From the NCBI GenBank assembly GCA_051294375.1, contig CM119271.1:16002770-16066769 (forward strand): a stretch of 64,000 nucleotides of DNA, given 5' to 3'. Position 1 is the stretch's first letter. Each line of letters opens with the position of its first letter. Origin of the DNA: Paraspadella gotoi (taxonomy: Eukaryota > Animalia > Chaetognatha). The position numbers were made by a program, and so were the translations under genes. Below are positions 1-13,556 of the stretch, piece after piece. The notes under the pieces were generated by a model. The model ran no database searches. It saw only the letters and a list, made by a program, of their open reading frames with translations, and was not told the origin of the DNA.

Positions 1-1149
1 CGCTCCGAGTCTGACCTCGGCCATCGCCTACGAGACCTCGAACATGTTCGGTCAGGCGGCCAAGTCGTTGGAGTCGCTCGACCAGGAGCTCTGCGCCAAG
101 TGGCGTCATTATCTCTCGCTCAAGTCAAAGTTTTATCATTCCTTCGCCTTTTGCTATCAGGGCGAGGCTCTCCTCGCCGCCGACAAGGGCGGGGAAGCCA
201 TCGCCTCTTTGAAGGAATGCAAGAAGCTCTACGAGGAGACGCAGGTTATCTCAGTTTTATGGCAACGGGAGGAATGCATGTGATACCCGGGGGCGCGGGG
301 GAACTGCGGGGGGCTGCGGACCCTCAGTGACCGCCTCCTGTCACTCTCATATTTAAACCTTATTGAAAGTAAACCAAAAAAATTATGAGAAATAATCTAA
401 TCAGCTTCAATATGCAAATGAGACTTAGGAACCACAACTAACTGCTTATTTCCCGCCCTTCCCCGTCATCTCACAGACGATCTGCAAGGAGTACCACCTG
501 ACCAAAGGACAAGGGACGACGGCGAAACCGCAGGAGCATCAGTTCTACATGAGATTCGGTCCCGTCGTCGCTCGGACGCTGGAAAAGACGGAGAGAGAAA
601 ACGGATTCATTTATCACCAGAAGGTGCGGGACTGTGCGAGACTGTGCGAGGCTGTGTGGGAAGAGAATTTCACGGGGATCTTGGTACCCCTTCCCTTCTT
701 TACCCCTTCCCTTCTTTACCACATTCTCCTCTTTACCACCTTGACATCTTTACCCCCTTCACATCTTTACCCCCTTCCCCTCTTTTCCCCCTTCCCCTCT
801 TTATCCCCTTCCCCCCTTTACCCATTCTCCCTCCTCCTCTTAACCCCTTATCTATTCCCCCTTTTCATCCCATTCTCCTCCCACCTCCCCTTTTTCCCAG
901 GTCCCCGACAAACCCAACGAGTTAGAGTTAAAAGCGACGTACGGCCTGGCCTCGCCCGAGGAGATGGTTCTGCCGGAGATGAACGGTCAGTGGACGGACG
1001 AGACTTACCGCGCCTTCGACCTCACCCTCAACAAGGTCGACCCCAAAGAGAAGAAGAAGAGAGAGAAGGAGGAGCGGGGCCCCTTGCCGCCGGTCAAGGA
1101 GGCGGAGATCCCTCAGTCCATGCGTCAGTCTGTCTGTTCCGTCATGTGA
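1..1149 (+). CDS. BROX: BRO1-domain and CAAX-motif protein (BROX), last three exons, 5'-partial
   Basis: Exons about 1-243, 476-623 and 901-1149 joined at GT-AG give KWRHYLSLKSKFYHSFAFCYQGE...[48 protein letters not shown] is the Bro1 signature, and the protein ends in the CAAX box CSVM. Confidence 0.92.
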
Positions 1150-2750
1150 AGGGGGAGAAGGAATGATCCATTGTGTATTTTTTTAATTATTTACGGTTTT
1201 AGAAAAGGAAAGACGAAAGAGAAAATAATTTAATTTAATTTAATGTATGCAATAATATATAATGTATTAGTTTTATAAAATTAAAATGTATATAATATAA
1301 TGTAATGTATTATTTTTATAAAATTAAAATGTTGAAGTCCCAAGGAAATTGGTTTTATTAGAGGTCAAAAGAATTTACTCTTTCGTTTTTCGTGTGTTCA
1401 CCGATAGGTATTGCTACTTTTTTTCCTAAAAATTGTAAATTGAAATCCAAAATTTCTAATTTTTTTGGGGGGGAAAGTGAATCGCAATGATCTAACAAAA
1501 TGCTCTTCTTATTTTTGGTGCATGAAATTTTGCCACTTTTTCCTCCAATTTAAGGCCACTAGATTTTGCCCACCCCCCCCCCAAATATATTTTTATTAGG
1601 GAAGTTTACTATTTATATAAAAATTGTTTTCCCCTCAAAGAAAATAGTTGTGTGCCATATGATAAAATATTCCATTGTGCATTCCATTGAGTATGTAACG
1701 GTGTACCATTGGAGCTCAGATACAGGATATTGGAATGTTAACCTTTTCATTTTGAATAATATGTATGTACCCCCCCCAATTTCTTTTTAAATTTGCTGAA
1801 ATTTCTGTTTAACAATTGATAGAAAAAAATTTGCGGTATTAAAATTTAAATAACAAATTTAAATATACATACATTAACGAGATTTTTTTTTATCTCGTTA
1901 AATCGGTATTCCATTGTAATATTTTTACTTAAACGATAAAATCGAAATTCGTATTTCGATAATCTTATTTTATATTATGACAAACGTTAAATGGTTTTAT
2001 TTTAGTTCACTATTATTTACCGCCTGCGCTATTTGCTCGTAACTCTTCACCTTGCTAGTCACTACGCAATTTTTTTTATTGATATAGTTTAGAATTAAAT
2101 GTGAAATGTCTGCCGAATGTCTTCACTTCGAGTTCATATAAACAAGCGATCGACAAAAATCGTTCCAGTTTACAAATCGTAATAAAAATGTATTATATAT
2201 TAAACCGATTTTATTTTCCTGTCAATATAATTTCCGGACGATAAGTCAGCGGATCGCGACGTCCCATCGCAGATAGTCTTGGCATTGGAGGCGTCGCAAA
2301 CGTATAGTCACACAATTTAATAGATAAATGAAATGAAATAATACAAAATAAAGTAATAAATGAAGAATCTCAATTGAACATATACGAAAAGTGAATCGAA
2401 GAAAACGATCTTCATGGATCATGCAGGTCGCCCACCGGAATTTTAAGAGGATTCCCGTTTATTTTGTTGCCTTCGTTCTGAGATTTTCCAGCGGCAATCG
2501 ACGCGATTTAACTAACGATGGTTCTTTATTATTAGGACAAATTCATACAAACGAATGGATGCGAAAAACTTTTGAGACTAAATTGACTCGTTTGCTTTGG
2601 ATGTATTAAAACAAAGTCGTTTTAAATCCCAATTCGAAGTCGGTTAACAAAAACGGTTGCTTCGCTCGTAATCCCTTTTTCCGTTCGAAATTGTACAGAT
2701 TATATAATTAAGAAAGAAAAGAAGCAAAGCCTCCGTCTCAACTCTAAAGC

Positions 2751-5700
2751 ATGGAGACTCCCCATCAACCACCTAATCCCTCAACGTCGGCTGAGGCTCC
2801 GACTTACTTGGCCGTGTTGGGGGCCATCGTCTCTGCTCCCTTCTATCACCTCATCATCGAAGCCTGTCTCATTCTCGGCATCGTCACTTTGCTCTTCAGG
2901 AAGAGCTACAAACTCCCCAAGCGGGTCGTCCTTACGGAGAAGGTGGGGGAATAACTTGGGAATGCCCCTATTATATAAGTAGGGTTATTTGTGGCGTTTT
3001 GAGGCAAAACATAAGAAGGGAATTTAAGAAGCTTGAAATCTTGAAATCAGATCATAAATATAAACTGTGAAACTGATCGAGACTCAAAGTTCTCGTTGAC
3101 TTCCTTGTCCCCCCCCTCAAAGGAAAAGGCAGAGCTCTTGGCCGACTGGAAGCCGGAGCCCCTCGTGCCGGAAGTGCCGGATGATCGGGCGGAATTGTCG
3201 ATGCCGTTGATTCGCGGAAAACCGGGGAAGATCGTCAATCTCGACGGAAAGGTGTGGCCGTGGGATTTGGAAATTGTTTATCTGTTCAATTGCGTGTTTT
3301 ATAAGTTTATATGTTTTATACTTTTTAAGTAAAAAGCTATCGGTTTATTTTAATCTTATAGAACCGGTCTAATTCATCTTTTACTAAAAATAATTTTTGA
3401 AAAATTCATTCACATATTAGAGTTTTAACCGAAGCTAAGAAAATTCACGTTTATGTTAATTTTTAAAAATAATCCAATTCAATTTTAAAAAAACTGTGAC
3501 TACGTGTAGATGTAATTAAAAATTCTTCGTTCCATTGACGTTCTTTCATTGAAACGCCAAAAAAGGATTTCGAATATTTGTCCTTCATTCTTTGAGAAAA
3601 CTACTCCTAGCCACACAGAAAATAAACAACGACTATCACTTGGTTAACCTTAAAACGTCTCTTTGAACAGGATTGCCTCAACGCGGCCAGCCTCAACTTC
3701 CTCGGAATGATCGAGAACGAACGAGTGGAGTCGGTGGCTCTCGCCTCAATCTCAAAGTACGGCGTCGGATCCTGCGGACCGAGAGGCTTCTACGGAACCG
3801 TCGACGTGCATCTCGAATTGGAGAAGAGACTCGCGGACTTTATGCGGGTGAGAGGGTGTAGTTTAATTTAATTTTCGCTAGCCTTACTTTAATTTAGTTG
3901 ATTTAAGCTTAGTTCATCGCTGATTATCGCTATAATCCCCCCCCCCCGCCAGGTTGAAGAGGCCATTCTCTATTCTTACGGTTTCGCGACGGTGGCGAGC
4001 GCCATCCCCGCTTACGCCAAACGAGGCGACGTGATCATCGCCGACGACGGCGTCTCCTTCGCCGTTCAGAAGGGAATCCAGGCATCGAGGTCAAAGGTCG
4101 TTTGGTTCAAACACAACGACATCGTTCACTTGAAGGTTTTGGGCGAAGGGCGAAGGGTTGGGAAGAGGTGGAGTTTGAGGGGGATTGTGAAGTGAAGTTG
4201 TTTTTCACGTCTCTTCTGAAGAGAGAGAGGGGTCCTGGGAAGATAGCTTATGAAATTGATACAACCAATATGAAACTATCCTTTGTTTTTGTAGGGCAGT
4301 GGAAAGGAAGGAATATATTATTCCACGTGTTAGTTAACACGAGTCCCAGTTAAAGATTGATATCGTTCTTAACTATTTCTTAGGAATGCCTCGAAAGCGA
4401 GAGACGGGACGACGTGGCCAATCCGCAAAAAGCTAAAAGCACCCGACGCTTTCTCATCGTAGAAGGTGGGGGATGTGTGGGAACGATCGAAGATCGCTTA
4501 AATGATATGAATACTTTAACGATACTTCTTTGTTAAAACTAATTGAGTCCCCATTTTAGCCAATTCTTTATTAAAAATATTCCCCCAGGGATTTACATGA
4601 ACTTTGGCGACATCTGCCCGTTGCCCGATCTCGTCGATCTCAAGAACGAATACAAGCTCCGCCTCTTTGTGGACGAGAGCGTCTCCTTCGGGACGCTGGG
4701 CGCCACGGGTCGAGGCGTCACCGAACATTTCGACGTCCCAGTCGATGAAGTCGGTGAGATTAATTAACAAATAATAATGATATTAATTTTTTTTTCTTTA
4801 ATGATATTAATGATAATGTAAATCACAATACAACAACCAATCGTCCAGACTTGATCAGCGCTTCTCTCGAATATTCTCTGGGAAGCCTCGGTGGCTTCTG
4901 TTGCGGATCTTCTTTCGTCATCGACCATCAACGCCTCTCCGGTTTAGGGTCAGTCTCTCTCTCTCCAGTTGTCATAATTGGTTTTATTATTTCATTTATT
5001 GTTGTCCGGGATTGAGGTTCGTTTCAGGAATTGCTAGGTTGAAAAAAAAATATTAATAATTATTAATTGTTAAATTGTTAGTCAGCGTTAAAACCGAAAC
5101 TATTCAAAGCTCTATTTACAATAGGCTTTATTTCTGATTTCACATCCATAACAATTACATCTCTTCTCTCTCCAGTTATTGCTTCTCCGCCTCGTTGCCT
5201 CCCATGTTGGCCGCCGCCGCAATCGAAGCCTTGGACATTCTCGAGGAATCTCCCGACCTCGTCGCCGACGTCCAGACCAACTCCGTCAAGGTTCCGTCAT
5301 TGTTCTTACTAATAATTAAGGATAATTACTTATAATTAAGATATTTCGTTGTTCAACAGTTGCACGATCGTCTACTGGAAGCAACGAGACAGGATCAACC
5401 TTCTTCTGCTTTGTCCGTGGGCGGTGACCCTCTCTCCCCCGTCAAGCATCTCTATGTCAAAAACTCCAAACAACTCAATCGTGAAAATACGGAAAACTGG
5501 CTCAGGTTTGTAGAGGGGAGGAATTATGAAGAAGATGTGTTTAAAACTGAAGTTTAACCGAGTTTTATAAAGTTATTATATTCCAGGGACTTGATCACCG
5601 GCGCGCGATCCTCGGGCGTGGCTCTCGTCCTCTCCGCCTACCTCGACGGAGAGGCGCACCTCCCGCAGCCTTCCATCCGCGTCGCCGTCCGCAGCGGATT

Positions 5701-5752
5701 CGACGCCGAGCATCTCGAGAGGATCGTCCACGTTCTCTCCGCAGAACTTTGA
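2751..5752 (+). CDS. SPTLC1: Serine palmitoyltransferase subunit 1 (LCB1), multi-exon
   Basis: N-terminal TM segment followed by [67 protein letters not shown] and [17 protein letters not shown]. The PLP-lysine position is substituted ([17 protein letters not shown]), as expected for LCB1. Stop TGA at 5750-5752. Confidence 0.95.
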
Positions 5753-6463
5753 CGAAGACTTTGATTTTGTTGGGGAATATGACGAGAAGGAACCTGCACC
5801 GGACGAGGAAAGCCCCGCACTCGCACTGCATTGTACTATCGATTTTATAGTATTATTATTACGTGACGCAGCAGTATTACTACATTCCCTTGGCAGCTTG
5901 TTTGGGTATAATAACATTTTTTTTTAATTAAGGAGACGTCCATTTTTCCCAGTATTCAAAATCCTTCCCTCATTTATCCCTTTCTACACATGGAGCCTTT
6001 TTTTTTCCGCTTTTCAAATTTTTATTTCTCTGTTCATTTATATCATTTTCTTTACGATTTGCTTTGTCTTGAAAATTTAAATCGTTCTCTTTTTGATTCC
6101 AAAAAACTCTTGAAATGTAAATCTTGGAAGTCGTTTCGAGTTCGACTCGCGGTTTTTGCTTCGTTTTTCCTCCTTCTTTTATTTTGTTTTTATGATCGAA
6201 AAAAAAAAGATGTTGATGAAATTTAAAAGCGGACATTTTGACGTTTTAGCTTAATTTCTTGATGAAACTTCTGTGGAAAAAAAAATACCATGGGATTTGC
6301 ACGACAACGCTCGTGGCCTCAGGGGGAGAAAAATCAAAAAAATATTGTTGTGAATTAATCCGAAATCTGATGACTAAAAATATCTAATTATAAATTCCGT
6401 CAAGACTTAAGACCGAGGAACAGAATCTAAAGTAATCCTAGTAATATAAAAAAAAAATCCAAA

Positions 6464-7239
6464 ATGGCTGCCTCCATGGCTCCGCGTCGCCTCCGCCTCC
6501 GGATCTGCACTTGGAACGTCGCCGGATCGAATCCGGACGACGCCGTCGACCTCAACGATTTTCTCTTCGGCGTCGACGCCGAAGATCTCGACGCGGATGT
6601 GGTATTCGTCGTCCTTCAAGAGGTCGACGTGCGAATAGATCGCCTCTTGTGGAGTCAATTCGCAGGTGAGTCGGTAGATTATTTAGCCTCTTGTGCTGTA
6701 GATTCGCTGGTGAATCGATGATCGAAATGTGGGTCGATTTAAGATGATCCTTGGATTCTCCACCTGGAATCCCATCTCTCCGGACGCGACTTTGTCCGCG
6801 TCTCCGCCACCCGGATGTTCGGCATCGTCGCCGCCGTCTTCCTCCGTCGTCGTCACCTTCTTTTCGCCCGACGCTTTCGCCGCGCCTTCACGCGCGTCGG
6901 TTTCGGCGGCCTCATCGGGAACAAGGGCGGAATCTCCACTCGGATGTCGTTGTACGGGAAAGGTGGGTTAGGGGGCGTGGCAGAGTAGATTGTGGTGGCT
7001 CCGAGCGCCGATTGAAGAATTGCTTTACATGCATAATTTTTTACTATGCAGAGGTGTGCCTCCTCGGCGTCCACCTCTCCGCCCACATCTTCAACGTCGA
7101 AGAGCGAATGAAGGATTTAGCTTCTTTCTTTTACGAACAAACCTTCGACGTCGTCCACCCTCGAATCGCTCGTCGATCCCTCGAGGTCCTCGACCATGAC
7201 CTCGTCGTCCTCGCCGGGGATCTTAACTTTAGGATTGAC

Positions 7240-7284
<45 letters not shown>

Positions 7285-8524
7285 TAATGTCTAACTTTTT
7301 CGCCATCTCACAGGCCTCGACCGTGAGTCTATCGTCGAGGCCGTCGCCCTCGACCGCCTCGATGGCCTCTTGAGCCGCGACCAACTCCTGACGACCATGA
7401 GGATCGATCCCGCGATGGAAGGTTGGAGGGAGGCGGAAATCCGCTTCGGACCCACGTCAGTATGATGGGGAGAGATGGGAGAGCAACAATTGAGGTTTTG
7501 AGGATTTAATGGTTAAAATGTCAAAGGTTGTTTAATAATGACAAAAATGAATGAGGAGGATGTTTATTGGACGATTATTTTGTTTAAGCATTGGAGCCAG
7601 CGCCCATAGTCATATTCTACCAGTGCTTCTTCATAAAAACACCCCAATAATTTAAGATTAAATTCTTAGGTTTTAGCGCTTTTGTGATTTTTGCTTCATG
7701 AGATGTGTTTTATTAAAAATTGTTTTGATTCAGAGATTTTAAAACTAGAAACAGTTTTTTTTGTTTTTTTTTTCAAATAACATATTGATTTAATCTCACA
7801 CTTAATTTTTTTTACCTCTCAAATTTAAATCAATGAAATTATTTTCTATCTTGGCGATTCTTCTACTTCTCTGTTATTAAAACAATCTAAATAAAACCGC
7901 TGCAATATGTAAATGAGATTCTTGTTCAATCGCAGATACAAATTTGATGTCGGAACCGACGACTTCGATTCGTCGGAGAAAATGAGGAAACCGGCCTGGT
8001 GCGATCGAGTCCTTTGGTGGGAGAGGAAGAGCGGGAGTGAGGAAGAAGAGGAGGAGAGGGAAGAAGAAGCTTGCCACGATTTCACTGTCGACTCCATCAA
8101 CTATGCATCCCATCCATCATTCCTTTCCTCCGATCACAAACCCGTCTCTCTCACTCTCATCCTCTCTCTTCCCGAATCTCCTTCCCTTCTCCCCCTCGTC
8201 CGCTTCATCCTCTCCTCCTCCACTTGGTCGACCTCCTCCGACGCCATCGTCGAGTTCGTCGTCGCCGCCGACGCCGTCGTCGACTCCTGGGATTGGATCG
8301 GCGTCTTCGGCGCCGGATTCTCGAATCTCGGCGAATATGTCGCTTGGAACTACGCCTCGTCCGGACGGGCGGTGGATGTGGAGGAGGAAGAAGAGGGGGC
8401 GAAGAGAAAGGAGTTGACCTTCGCCTCGAAATATCTGTCGGCGGCGGAAGGAGAGAGAGTCCTCGTCTACGTCTCGGGTGGCGACGTCTTTGGCGTCTCT
8501 TCCGTCTTCAGAATAAACAAATGA
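6464..8524 (+). CDS. INPP5K: Inositol polyphosphate 5-phosphatase with C-terminal SKICH domain (INPP5K/INPP5J family)
   Basis: Motifs TWNVAG, LQEVD, GNKGG, VHLSAH, GDLNFRID, RDQL, PTYKFD...KPAWCDRVLW and SDHKPV, plus SKICH-like SWDWIGVF. K versus J orthology is not resolved. Confidence 0.88.
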
Positions 8525-9471
8525 TTTTAGTGACGGTGGAGTTCCAAGTTTGGACGTCGTGGAGTCACGTAATATTACTACCCGTTGAATGAGGCCGTTC
8601 CGTCCATCAGGATTATCGAGAACTTTAAAATTAACTTTAGGCTAAAGTTTAAAGCTCGTGCTAAGGTTTAGCACGCGCATGATTAAAGCCCAGTTAATGG
8701 TTAATGGTTACGGCGTGGATACTGGATAGCCCCGTCATTTAAGAGTGTACCCTGCCCAGTCGGTCTGGAGGGTTTTTCGGTCAGTTGCTTTGCTATTCTC
8801 GAACTTAGGATCCGGCCGATCAGTCTTATTCAACCGTTACGTCTCTTCAGTTCTGAGTGGAAAATCTTGCAGAATCCCGACTTCGCTGCGTTGGGATCAT
8901 CTAATCAGGGGGATTATGGATTTTCAAATCCAATTTTGTAGTTTTCTAGTCTTAGCTTACGGTGTAAAGCTAACAATAAATTTGAATCTTTGCAGGAGGC
9001 TCTGCAACTCATTGTTATGTTTTAATTCCCCCCAAAAATACATATATTCCGTCTTATATTCCGCTTATTTTTGAAAATGCTTTAATACAAAACGATTCAA
9101 ACTTGATCGTAGTTCGAGCGGAACCCTTTTATTGATATTAGTTTATACATTTTTCTGCAATGCCACTAATAATTCTCAACCCGCTTGCGCTGTGCTCGAA
9201 CCAGCTTATTCTAGCCATTGTTTATTGAGTAACATATTTATTTTTCTTACGTAGTAGAGCACTACAGTTTGTTTTGATGTTTAATGCGTTACTCTTTTTT
9301 TCAGTGATGAGCGGGGTTTTCCGTCTCTTGCTCACCCTATCTATAACGCATGTAGGATCGAGTAAATAAGATAAATAAGTAAATAAGTTAATAAGATCGA
9401 CGGATTACGACGAGAGTTTATGTCCAACATCAGTTTTACAAGAATCGACTCTGATCTCTACTCAATTCAAG

Positions 9472-10734
9472 ATGGCGGCTCCGTCTCCCTCTCACGCTTC
9501 TCTTCCTTCCGTCTCTCTTCCCAAACGGAAAGAGTTTCTCTCTTATCGTCGAAGACCAGGATTTCGTATCTCCTCTCCCGTTTCGTCTCCTTTAGCATCG
9601 ACCCATCCTTCAATCTCTTCGTCGAAGCCGGGGATCGCTTCGTCTCATCCTTTGATCGCTTCATCTTATACTTCGATCGCTCCATCTAATCCTTCAATCG
9701 CTTTGTCGAAGCCGGGGATCGCTTCGTCTCAGGCGGCGATCGCTTCGTCTGATCCTTTGATCGCTTCGTATAATACTTCGATCGCTCCATCTAATACTTC
9801 GATCGCTCCATCTAATACTTCGATCGCTCCATCTAATACTTCGATCGCTCCATCTAATACTTCAATCCCTTCGTCTAATCCTTCGATCGCATTATCTCAT
9901 TCTTCGATCGCTTTATCTAAGGCTACGATCGCGCCAACTCGGTCATCGATCGCTTCGTCTAATCCTTCGATCGCTTCGTCTCAATCTTCGACTAATCCTA
10001 ACCGAGCCCGACCCTCGCTCTCCTCTTCCCAATCTAATCTCCCCTCCTTCGCTCCACCGATCTCAACTTCCACTCCACTTCCCCCTTACCTTATTTCCTC
10101 CATCACTCCTTCTCTCCCTCACCCCATCATCTCCCCATCTTCTCTTTCCTCGACCCCCGCATCTCTCTCCCCTTCCTCCTCCCTCCCCCCCTCTCCCTCT
10201 CCCCCTAATTCCTCGTCCCCCGCTCTTCCCCCTTCCCCCGAGCCCCCCGTCGTTCCTCGAATCCCCGAAGCGGACGACAAGGATCCAACTCCAACTCTCG
10301 ACTTTAAACCACGAAAATCAAATCGAAGAAAAGCGGTTACATCCGTAAAAGACCCGGATGCGATAGAGAATCTGGATCGAAATTCTTTGGCGGGAAAACC
10401 GAAGAGGAAGTTACACCGCAAATCCCTTTCGACGGGGAAGTTGGCCTTCGCCGAGGGCACGCCCTGTCCGATCTGCAAACTCAAGGGAGTCAAAGCAATT
10501 CTCAGTTTCTTCTGCGTCAGTTTCGAGGTACGGAACCCTTTTATTGAGTAGCCTCCATAAGGTTTTCTAATATTGTTGTTTTTTTAGCTTTCTTTAGTCG
10601 AGATCCCTTTAAGTTGAAGTTTAACGATACTCTTTCCGCAGGAGGGCGTGTGGTTGTGTCCCACCAAAGAGTGTCCCTTCCCCGTCGGACTAGACATCGC
10701 GATGTATTCATCAAAAATAGACTTTTCGATTTAA
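9472..10734 (+). CDS. Ser/Pro-rich protein ending in a USPL1 N-terminal-like four-cysteine domain; no peptidase domain
   Basis: Exon 1 (9472-10527) and exon 2 (10642-10734) join in phase 0 to give CPICKLKGVKAILSFFCVSFE|EGVWLCPTKECPFPVG. This matches, from memory, the USPL1 N-terminal pattern CPAC...ISFQESIFLC...CIYPLG. Confidence 0.72.
9770..9875 (+). repeat. 21-bp coding tandem repeat (PSNTSIA)n
   Basis: TAATACTTCGATCGCTCCATC repeated about 4-5 times, with degenerate copies on either side. Confidence 0.9.
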
Positions 10735-11284
10735 TGACGCCGAAGCCGAGAATGCCCAACCAAGCAATCGATGGGTCTATCCAAGCAATCGATTGCTCAG
10801 AAGTCTCACCACTCATCAAAGCTTCGAATTTATTTGCAGTTTTCTTGCTTTCCCAGTCGGTTGTATTGTTTTTATCTTTTGACCAGATTATAAATTCATT
10901 GTTTTATAATTATTAACTTTTTAGTTTAATAGTTGACATTTTTAAGGAAATTGAAAGAATAGATTTAGGGTCAGTTTTTATACGTTATATATTCTTAAAC
11001 GTTACGTATTCCTTGTTTGATTGAAGTGTTGATTTTAGTGGTCGGTTTCGCCAGCTCTCTCTCTTTCTTGCTCTCTCAGACTCTCTCTCTCTCTCGATGG
11101 ATATCAATCAAATCTTCGACGCGAAAGGGTCATCGTTTGACGGACGGATCTGTCGGTCAATCTTACTTCATGGAAAAGGAGACGCGATGAAGTGCGCGTT
11201 GATCATCGTCAAACAGACACGGCCTCCAACACATTTCGATGCCGATCTTCAACGGAGCGAAGATCCTTTTTTCACGTCGAGGCA

Positions 11285-11510
11285 ACACACCGCCCTCACC
11301 TCTGACTTCATTCACCCAATCCCATTGGCTCAGAGGGGGAATGCGTTCTCACCACAGTCCTAAAGACTTCCCTCTATTTTGACAAAGTGAGACCGTCCTA
11401 GGGTAACCGGGCTAGTGGTAGGCGGCATCACTGAGGGTTGGAACCCCATAAAGTCAACGGTGAGATGCCCCTATCCCAATGGGGATCACAGGCAACCCGG
11501 CTCTTGCTAT
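11285..11510. repeat. Dispersed repeat, copy 1 (copy 2 at about 11936-12004 plus 13023-13180, split by a solo LTR)
   Basis: Both copies share the blocks CCATTGGCTCAGAGGGGGAA, CCACAGTCCTAA.GACTTCCCTCT, GAGACCGTCCTAGGGTAACCG, CACTGAGGGT, GTGAGATGCCCC and CAACCCGGCT. Confidence 0.85.
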
Positions 11511-12004
11511 AGTATATTTATTTCGATATTAGTTAGCATTTAATACATGGTTTTTGGGGGAAAAAATATACGAACCTTCTCACTCGAGGAATCGCGCGTC
11601 GACGAAACGACTTCCAGACCGATTCCACTCGATTCGTCAAAACGAGATCGAACGATCGAATCTTGCCTGGACGCGAACGGCTCTTCCGTGGACGCGATCG
11701 TTAACTCCGTGAACGCTACCGACTCCGGTCATTGTTCGCTAACCTGAACGCGTATGGAAAATGTCGAGGTTCGCGAAACTTTATCTTTCGGCGAATCGTC
11801 CGGACGGCGGCGATCGCTTCCGCCAGTCGAGGACGAATCGTCGTTCGTCGACGCTGGGCGATTAGTTCAAAGTGCGGTTCCACTTCTTCGTCCGAGATCC
11901 ATTTTGCGAAATCGTACTCGTTGTGGCGGTATATTCACACCGCCTCACGTCCACCAGCGTTCAGCCAAATCCATTGGCTCAGAGGGGGAACACACCATCC
12001 CAGG

Positions 12005-13022
12005 TGTAATATAATCTTGGGTGGTGTTTTTTACCACCACCCACTTTATTATAAAAATACAAAAAACTGGAGTCCTTGAGTTCTTGGGCACTGGAGTTCC
12101 TGGCGTTAAAAACTTTATTATTTAAATCCTGAAGTCCACTGGAGTTTGTATCCTGGGGCGCTTTTATTAAAAATTTAACCTGGAAGAAAAATAAAGAAAA
12201 TAATCTTTAGTACAAATTTAAATAATATCTTTACTACTGACTCAATACATATTTTTAAAGCACAGTAAAATCAATCTCCATTACAAAATTAAATACACAT
12301 ATTTAAATTAAAATGTAAGCCAAAGAATTAATGAAATCCACTTGAGATTTGAGGAGAGTCCACTAGGAATTATGAAGCTGTGGTCTGTAGTCACTTGAGA
12401 CCCTTATATTAATCTACCATTAACCTTAACCAAGTCTTACCAGACTTAACCTTAACCAAGTCTTACCAGACTTAACCTTAACCAAGTCTTACCAGACTTA
12501 ACCTTAACCAAGTCTTACCAGACTTAACCTTAACCAAGTCTTACCAGACTTAACCTTAGAGTTATTATTTCCAACCAGTCCTTCCTGGACTTAGGCGTTT
12601 TCAGTCTCTCCTGGACTTAAGCGTTTTTCCAGTAACTTTTCCAGCTGGACAGAATTTCCCCTTACACTTCAGAGGGTCTCAATTGACTCCTGACCACAGT
12701 CTGTGGCACTCCTCCTTATATAGGCAGATTTTGGTCACATGATTTCTCCTCTGGAATTGGCTTGGGACTTAGCAGGCCCGTAAAAGCCCCCCTTTTGGCT
12801 TTAACCTTCTCCTAACTGCCCTTTTGTTTTTAGCCATTTCCCTCTTTTGCTCAAAGGCAATCTCTGCTTCACTTATAACCAATTTTTTGCTTCTTAAGCT
12901 TTACTTAAGACCAACCTTTGCTTTTGCTCAAAGCCAATCCTTGCTTTGCCTAAAGCCTATCCCTGCAATATCAATTACTAAGTAAACTAATAAAATAGGT
13001 AGTCGCCTACTTTTTTATTACA
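12005..13022 (-). mobile_element. Solo LTR of an LTR retrotransposon, 1018 bp
   Basis: Termini TGTAATA...TATTACA with a perfect 5-bp TSD CCAGG (12000-12004 and 13023-13027); it splits a host repeat. Orientation is inferred from minus-strand TATATAA (about 12720) followed by minus-strand AATAAA sites (about 12165, 12115, 12048). Confidence 0.85.
12420..12558. repeat. 26-bp tandem repeat, 5 copies, inside the solo LTR
   Basis: TTAACCTTAACCAAGTCTTACCAGAC, five perfect copies plus a partial copy. Confidence 0.95.
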
Positions 13023-13351
13023 CCAGGCGTAGTGTTCCATCCACAGTCCTAACGACTTCCCTCTGCGTTGGCAAAGCGAGACCGTCCTAGGGTAACCGCG
13101 CCAGTGGCTGGATGCGTCACTGAGGGTCGGAAGCCCCCACAGCCAACAGTGAGATGCCCCAACCCGGCTGTTGCCATATCGTCCTCCTTTAGCCGGGCCT
13201 CTGCCCCTGAACCGTTATGTCCGATTCGTTCCAGACAAGACCCACGTCCCTGCCAAACCTTGTCGAATGGAATTTTCTCAGTTTTTTTTTAAAGATTAAT
13301 GTTAAATGTTGTAAGAAATAAAATCGTTAAAAAGACTAGACTTGGTTTCAG

Positions 13352-13556
13352 CGGTCGGATGAGGCTTCGTTGCGTCCTTGATGGATTTCAATTTTATCGC
13401 GACTCAAATATTCCCGACAAGAGACGCGAAAACTGGCGATGCCTCTACAATACAAAAAGGCGCAAGCATCGCTGTCCGGTTCGATTCATGACGGAGATGA
13501 TCTCGGGAGGAATACAAATCATAGACATGAGAGATAAGAAAGATTTGGAAAACTGA
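13352..13556 (+). pseudogene. FLYWCH zinc-finger-like exon fragment
   Basis: A TTTCAG acceptor is followed by LDGFQFYRD...WRC...C, the FLYWCH pattern. The terminal HxH is absent: a TGA directly precedes a His codon. Confidence 0.45.

Noticed and set aside
549-1166. 205-aa ORF, and similar hydrophobic ORFs at 35460-35858 and 58910-59335
   Set aside because: They read through pyrimidine-rich intronic or intergenic low-complexity DNA that simply lacks stop codons.
5744-5928. Acidic protein-like frame after the SPTLC1 stop, behind a CTCTCCGCAG acceptor-like site
   Set aside because: Splicing from the upstream phase-2 donor does not enter that frame, and the canonical C-terminus is already complete.
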